From NCBI GenBank assembly GCA_027451665.1, contig DAIDIW010000009.1:1-41506 (forward strand): a DNA stretch of 41,506 bases. Reading direction: 5' to 3'. The translations under genes and the position numbers were made by a program. The stretch is from Candidatus Kaiserbacteria bacterium (GTDB taxonomy: Bacteria; Patescibacteriota; Minisyncoccia; Phycocordibacterales; Phycocordibacteraceae). Shown piece after piece: positions 36,776 to 41,506 of the stretch. The notes under the pieces were generated by a model. It was not told the origin of the DNA. It saw only the letters and a list, made by a program, of their open reading frames with translations, and searched no databases. The first letter of the stretch is position 1. Every line of letters begins with the position of its first letter.

Positions 36776-37061
36776 GCGAGAGAGGCGCGAGGGGGGGGGT
36801 AGTCATTCCACCATACCCCGAATGACTACCTGCATGACTACCCTAGAGCGCCCCGTTTCTGCTAAAATGCGTTCGAGCAGACTGATACAAAGCCACCATA
36901 GTAGGAACAAGATTTTTTTCAGTGAGGTTTTCTTTGGCATGAGCCAAAGAAAACCATGGATTTTGGGGCAAACCGCGCGCTTCGCGCGACGAGAGGGTGA
37001 GGTTCGAGAATACGAAAGCCGAAGATTCTTTGGAGGGAGGATTTTTTGGAGGGGAGGTCGC
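36776..37061 (+). repeat. Internal inverted attP-like junction (arm A + CACCA + arm B)
   Basis: 36776-36898 matches the reverse complement of 36230-36350; 36894-37061 matches the reverse complement of 39099-39255 with a 10-bp insertion, one substitution and one homopolymer difference. Confidence 0.9.
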
Positions 37062-37159
37062 ACTCATCGAGCATACCCCTTACCCCACCCGTCCCGTGCG
37101 CGGGCTATGCAGAGATTTATTTTTTCGCCAAGTTTTTCTGGGCTTGGCGAAAACTCCCT

Positions 37160-37504
37160 TCACACATGGAAGTAAGCGTATATCAATAAAGACGCGGCGC
37201 AGAATATAACACCTGTTCTCGCAAGAAACCTGCTTGATAGGTGGCCTTGCGTGAGGCGATATGTATAGTAGCTAGCGTAGCTGAAATTATACGTTAGTGC
37301 CGGATTGAGTTTCTTTCGTAAGTCGAACTCCCATTTACTCAATATGCAATAGCCGAGAGTGAGCGTTGAAATCAGAGTACCGATAAGCACTCCCAGATAG
37401 ATAACCCAAAATGATGGAACGAGCCAGCCGAAAAGCGCGATGCAGACAACGGCAAAGTGTACTAGCCAAATTGAGTCCGCAGCAATCTTATACAGTGTCC
37501 GCAT
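37160..37504 (-). CDS. DUF2784-like membrane protein
   Basis: ADSIWLVHF, YCILSKWEFDLR. Confidence 0.7.
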   Translation of the reverse strand: MRTLYKIAADSIWLVHFAVVCIALFGWLVPSFWVIYLGVLIGTLISTLTLGYCILSKWEFDLRKKLNPALTYNFSYASYYTYRLTQGHLSSRFLARTGVIFCAASLLIYAYFHV

Positions 37505-37525
37505 AGCGTTCCCCGCTAGCGAGGA

Positions 37526-37924
37526 CTATATCTTTTTGAACCAATCGTGGTATGGGAGAAGCTCCTTTAGCGGGGCTGATTTACTTTCATCCAAAATCAC
37601 CTCTGTTTCCAAGTTGTCTTTATCTATTTGACGCATGAACTCACGACATCTGCCGCACGGCGATAGAACGTAAGCATCATCATTTTTATCTTTCCAGATA
37701 GCGACTATCTTTTTTATTTTGGATTCTCCGGCTGTAATCATAGCACCGATGGCGTTGTGCTCGGCGCAAAATCCCATACTCGAACTGGTATCTATGCAAA
37801 CGCCAAGATAGACGTTGCCCTTGTCGGTAAGCAACGCACAGCCAACGTCGCCGATAATGTAATCGCCGTTTTGTCGGCTACGCACTACTGCCGCAGCTTT
37901 CGCAATAAGTTCGTCATTCGTCAT
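37526..37924 (-). CDS. Cytidine deaminase family protein
   Basis: GFCAEHNAI and SPCGRCRE zinc motifs, LKELLPY. Confidence 0.9.
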   Translation of the reverse strand: MTNDELIAKAAAVVRSRQNGDYIIGDVGCALLTDKGNVYLGVCIDTSSSMGFCAEHNAIGAMITAGESKIKKIVAIWKDKNDDAYVLSPCGRCREFMRQIDKDNLETEVILDESKSAPLKELLPYHDWFKKI

Positions 37925-37932
37925 TTTTAATT

Positions 37933-38430
37933 TTAGTTGAAAAGGGCGATTATATTTTTTCTTGCAAATAAGAATAACATCAGTGCGGCGTAGCTGTAAA
38001 TAATCAGGCCGAACGGGAGATAGCCGCCAAAGCCGAGTATCGGCATTTCAAATACTTTCCAAAAATCGACATACGGAATGGTATATATCCATTTAGGGAT
38101 AGAGTAAAAATTCCACATTTCCCAGAAAAAACCTGTAAAGAGGGTCGCAAACATTACGGAAAACGGGAGTGTCCAATTTCCTTCGGCTGTTTCAGATAGG
38201 AGCGAAGAACTACCGAGCCAACGTGCAAGCGATTCTAGTATCAGAATAGGGGCGACCCATACCAACGCGAATGCTTGCATCGGAAAAGTGTATACAAGCC
38301 AATAGCAAATCGCGGCAAGCAACACACTAATCAACAATGAAAGTGTTTTTGGACGGAAGGGAGCATAGTGCCAAGAGACGAGGCGATGGAAGGAGAGCGG
38401 CGGGAGGCCGTGGAAGAAAGACCAAATAAC
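37933..38430 (-). pseudogene. 5'-truncated polytopic membrane protein
   Basis: GFFWEMWN..S.PKW.Y...FEMPILGFGGYLPF; 5' end abuts the truncated recombinase. Confidence 0.6.
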
Positions 38431-38431
38431 G

Positions 38432-39280
38432 AAGTTCCTCTCAAACCCCATCTACTACGGCTACTTCCGCTACTGCGGCGAGATGCACGAAGGCAAGCAT
38501 ACGCCCATTGTCAGCAAGGAACTTTTTGACCGCGTGCAAAAAGTGCTCGCGATGCGCAGCCGAGCGCAGAAGCCGACGAAGCAGCCGCAAGTGCTGTGCG
38601 GCCTGTTGAAATGCGGTATCTGCGGCTGCTCCATCACGGGCGAGGTACAGACCAAAAAGAGCGGTCGAAGGTACGTCTACTATCACTGCACCAAGAAACG
38701 CGGCATGTGTGCCGGAGAGTACATCCGAGAGGACGCGCTTGCCTCGCAACTCACCGAGTTGCTCGCTCGCTTTACCATGCCGGAGGCGTGGGCGGCCGAG
38801 CTATTGCGCATGGCCGCCGAGGACGAAACGAAAGCACACGAAACGGCAGCGTCCGCCGTTCGCACCCTGCGGTCGAGCATCGAGAAGATGGAGAACAAGC
38901 TCGCCCGCCTCACCGACCTCTTTATAGAGCAGGACATAGACCGCCCTGTATATCACGAGAAGAAGGCTGCTCTCATGTCCGAGAAGCGGTCGGCGCAGGA
39001 GCAAGTCCTGCGGCTCGAAGGCGATGCTGCCTCTTGGATTGAACCACTCCGCAAATGGGTTGCGGAGGCTTCAATGCTGGACGAAATACGAAAAAACGGC
39101 GACCTCCCCTCCAAAAAATCCTCCCTCCAAAAAATCTTCGGCTCGAACCTCACCCTCTCGTCGCGCGAAGCGCGCGGTTTGCCCCAAAATCCATGGTTTT
39201 CTTTGGCTCATGCCAAAGAAAACCTCACTGAAAAAATCTTGTTCCTACTATGGTGCGCGGTAAGGGACTCGAACCCCTGA
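38432..39280 (+). pseudogene. Large serine recombinase lacking its catalytic N-terminus
   Basis: Begins at FLSNPIYYG..HTPIVSKELFDRVQ; CGICG..YYHC zinc ribbon and coiled coil follow; frame runs across attL into antisense tRNA. Confidence 0.88.
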
Positions 39281-39326
39281 CCCTCCCCACGTCAAGGGGA
39301 TGCTCTACCAACTGAGCTAACCGCGC
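39251..39326 (-). tRNA. tRNA-Val(GAC)
   Basis: GCGCGGT/ACCGCGC acceptor, tcccc-ttGACgt-gggga, encoded CCA. Confidence 0.95.
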
Positions 39327-39369
39327 GCACGCCTCGCAGGATACCCGATTTTCGCCTAGTATTCAACGC

Positions 39370-39978
39370 ATGAAGCGAATCACGCTTAACTCAACGAATG
39401 TGGAACGAACGGCAGAACGCGCGGCCGAAGTGCTTGCAGGCGGAGGCGTGGTGCTCTATCCGACGGATACCCTCTACGGGCTCGCCGTGGATCCCGCGAA
39501 TGCGGAAGCGGTGCGCCGGCTCTATGCGGTCAAAGAACGGGATCCGCAGAAGCCTGTCTCTGTGATCGTACCGAGTCTTGCGGTGGCAGAGTCGCTCGTC
39601 GCGTTCACGCCTGAAGCGCGGTCGCTCGCCGAGCGCTTCCTTCCGGGCGCGCTCACGATCGTCGCGCCGGGAAGGGTAGACGGCGAGAGCATTGGCATAC
39701 GGATACCTGACGATGCGTTCTGTCTCGCGCTCGCGCGAGCATTCGGGCGGCCGTTTACGGCGACTTCAGCGAACCGTTCAGGACTGCCGGCGCCCCGGAC
39801 GGTGGATGCGATACTTGAGCAACTCGACACACGCGCACTCGGCATCGACCTCGCGATCGACGGCGGCATGCGTTCGCTTGGCGTAGCGTCTACCGTGATT
39901 TCATTCATGGGCGCACATCCGGAAGCGATCCGCGAAGGCGCTATTCCGCTCGCCGCGCTCGGACTCTCCCTTTCTTAG
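39370..39978 (+). CDS. tsaC: L-threonylcarbamoyladenylate synthase (TsaC/YrdC)
   Basis: YPTDTLYGL, K.R...KP, PGALT, GIRIP, TSANRSG, STV, IREGAI. Confidence 0.92.
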   Translation: MKRITLNSTNVERTAERAAEVLAGGGVVLYPTDTLYGLAVDPANAEAVRRLYAVKERDPQKPVSVIVPSLAVAESLVAFTPEARSLAERFLPGALTIVAPGRVDGESIGIRIPDDAFCLALARAFGRPFTATSANRSGLPAPRTVDAILEQLDTRALGIDLAIDGGMRSLGVASTVISFMGAHPEAIREGAIPLAALGLSLS

Positions 39979-40098
39979 TGTCGCAGTATCCGGCGGGGGC
40001 GAAGGGATACGAAAGCTCTCGGGTCGTACCTTCGCCCATGGCTTAAAATATAGCGATTTTAATTTTCGGAAAAAGTTCGAATCTCGGCGGGGTTAAAT

Positions 40099-40425
40099 TT
40101 AACGCTCCCAAACTTCGAGTGGGTAAAGATCGTACGCAACTTCTTCGTATGGGTGTACACGCTTCATCGCAGCGATCACGTTGCCTACAATCTGGTGATC
40201 AAGTGTTACTTCAATTCGCTCCTCTTCTACCGCCTCGAATTTACCTACCTTGCCGATATGCGGATGAGTGCCTTCTTCAGGCTTGAAGCGGTCAGTTCCC
40301 TTTGAAGAGAAGGTACAGAATGTGTAGTTGCCAATTTTGCCTCCGCCCGCTCGACCGATCGCTTCTCGTAGATCGTCCGCGTTTTTTACGGGCACATATA
40401 CAACTAACTTGTATTTGAGAGCCAT
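40099..40425 (-). CDS. YqfO / Nif3 PII-like insertion-domain protein
   Basis: KLVVYVP, GGGKIGNYTFC, HPYEEVAYD. Confidence 0.85.
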   Translation of the reverse strand: MALKYKLVVYVPVKNADDLREAIGRAGGGKIGNYTFCTFSSKGTDRFKPEEGTHPHIGKVGKFEAVEEERIEVTLDHQIVGNVIAAMKRVHPYEEVAYDLYPLEVWER

Positions 40426-40427
40426 AT

Positions 40428-41015
40428 TCAATCGCTAATTGCACTAAGTGCGGAGGGTAGCTCAGTAATGCCATCCTCACCGCTAAAATGTCCCTTGTTA
40501 TGTTCAACAATAACCTTGGCACCGAGCTTAGATTCAAAATCCTTTTTAGCTTCCTCAAGCGGAACCCACTCGTCATTATCTGAGAGGACCACGGTAAATG
40601 AATCTGCCTTGCTTTTTATTTTTGAGAAATCGATCGGCATTTTAATCCACGGCTCGACTATTTGTTCAGCTGCCTTAGATTCCAGATTTACGAGATTGAG
40701 CCAAGCGGCGACAAGGACAACCTTGGTGACGTGCGCACCGTACATCAATTCAAGAGTGCGAAGAATGGTCTGACAACCAATGCTATGACCAACGAGAACA
40801 ATCTCTTCGTCTGTTCCGATAGCGCCAATCATCTCAGAAAGTTTGCCTACCCATGCGCTTATCACCGGGTGCTCTGTGTTGGGCATCTCCGGCACCTCAA
40901 CTTGGTACCCTTGTTTTTCAAGTTCCGTTTTAAGCCACGGGAACCAGCCTTCTTCCGGGACACCATCCCAGCCGTGAATAATAAACGCGTGTTTATTTAG
41001 CTGCGGCCCAGACAT
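40428..41015 (-). CDS. RBBP9/YdeN-family alpha/beta hydrolase
   Basis: IIHGW, WFPWL, GHSIG, SDND, GHF. Confidence 0.9.
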   Translation of the reverse strand: MSGPQLNKHAFIIHGWDGVPEEGWFPWLKTELEKQGYQVEVPEMPNTEHPVISAWVGKLSEMIGAIGTDEEIVLVGHSIGCQTILRTLELMYGAHVTKVVLVAAWLNLVNLESKAAEQIVEPWIKMPIDFSKIKSKADSFTVVLSDNDEWVPLEEAKKDFESKLGAKVIVEHNKGHFSGEDGITELPSALSAISD

Positions 41016-41153
41016 AAACCAAATCTATCATTTTTCTTGCGAGTTTGGAAAAGTTCGAATCCCTTCGCGGTGAACTAGATTTTGTAAAAATGTACTGCGT
41101 AATAACGGCCCAGAATAAGGCTCTCGGGTCTGTCCGATAAAAAAGTCTGACTG

Positions 41154-41240
41154 CGGAGAGGGTGGGATTCGAACCCACGGTCCAGTTACCCGGACGCCGC
41201 ATTTCGAGTGCGGTGCCTTCGACCACTCAGCCACCTCTCC
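41154..41240 (-). tRNA. tRNA-Ser(CGA)
   Basis: GGAGAGG/CCTCTCC acceptor, ccgca-ctCGAaa-tgcgg, long variable arm; CCA not encoded. Confidence 0.95.
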
Positions 41241-41298
41241 GTTGCGAGCTACCTTACCATTTTTGAATCTACTCGGAAAGATGGTAGATTCTCGATAC

Positions 41299-41370
41299 GG
41301 CCTCATCGTCTAACGGCTAGGACGGCGCCCTTTCACGGCGCAAATCGGGGTTCGATTCCCCGTGAGGTCA
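41299..41370 (+). tRNA. tRNA-Glu(TTC)
   Basis: GGCCTCA/TGAGGTC acceptor, gcgcc-ctTTCac-ggcgc; CCA not encoded. Confidence 0.95.
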
Positions 41371-41506
41371 CAATTCCAGGATGACGTCAAATTCGCGAGC
41401 TCCGAAAACGGAGAGCGCAGCGCAATTGCTATCTTTTTTCCGGTCACCGTCGAGTTCGAACACGTCGCGTGCACCAATTCGCGCTTTTCGACGGGATTCG
41501 CGATTT

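Larger units (their letters stand above)
36230..39255. mobile_element. Decayed LSR integrative element at the 3' end of tRNA-Val
   Basis: Core TGGTG at 36230-36234 and 39251-39255; arms defined by the internal joined copy at 36776-37061; truncated LSR; AT-richer cargo. Confidence 0.8.

Noticed and set aside
37122-37153. 11-bp inverted repeat ttttcgccaag/cttggcgaaaa as a terminator
   Set aside because: Real hairpin but no U-tract follows on either strand; function not assignable.
1-41506. CRISPR array, reverse transcriptase (retron/DGR/group II intron), rRNA
   Set aside because: No regularly spaced repeat-spacer array, no RT motifs in any ORF, no rRNA-like sequence seen.

Overview
Bacterial chromosomal fragment, most likely Patescibacteria/CPR (Parcubacteria-like). 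This is inferred from the short ValRS, pilin, DUF2914-like gene and pervasive leaderless starts. Positions ~1-20.3 kb are a composite integrated island. It holds a CDF transporter, large serine recombinase (LSR) debris plus an intact LSR, a copper cassette bracketed by 43-bp direct repeats, a single-chain Type IIG-like restriction-modification gene behind a heavily structured ~200-nt leader, an atypical IS256, a HEPN-like gene, and a ParB-MTase/MTase/TerS/TerL operon with no capsid, portal or tail genes in the window. Positions ~20.3-36.2 kb are GC-rich core genome (pilin, glutaredoxin, tRNA-Arg, efflux genes, tRNA-Phe, hsp20, prsW, valS, tsaD, orn, DHH enzyme, RNA methyltransferases). Positions 36.2-39.3 kb are a decayed LSR element in tRNA-Val. 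Its attL and attR are readable, and it carries an inverted, diverged attP junction plus a second highly structured non-coding block. A small AT-richer islet sits at tRNA-Ser, followed by tRNA-Glu. All calls come from reading motifs by eye; no searches or folding programs were run.
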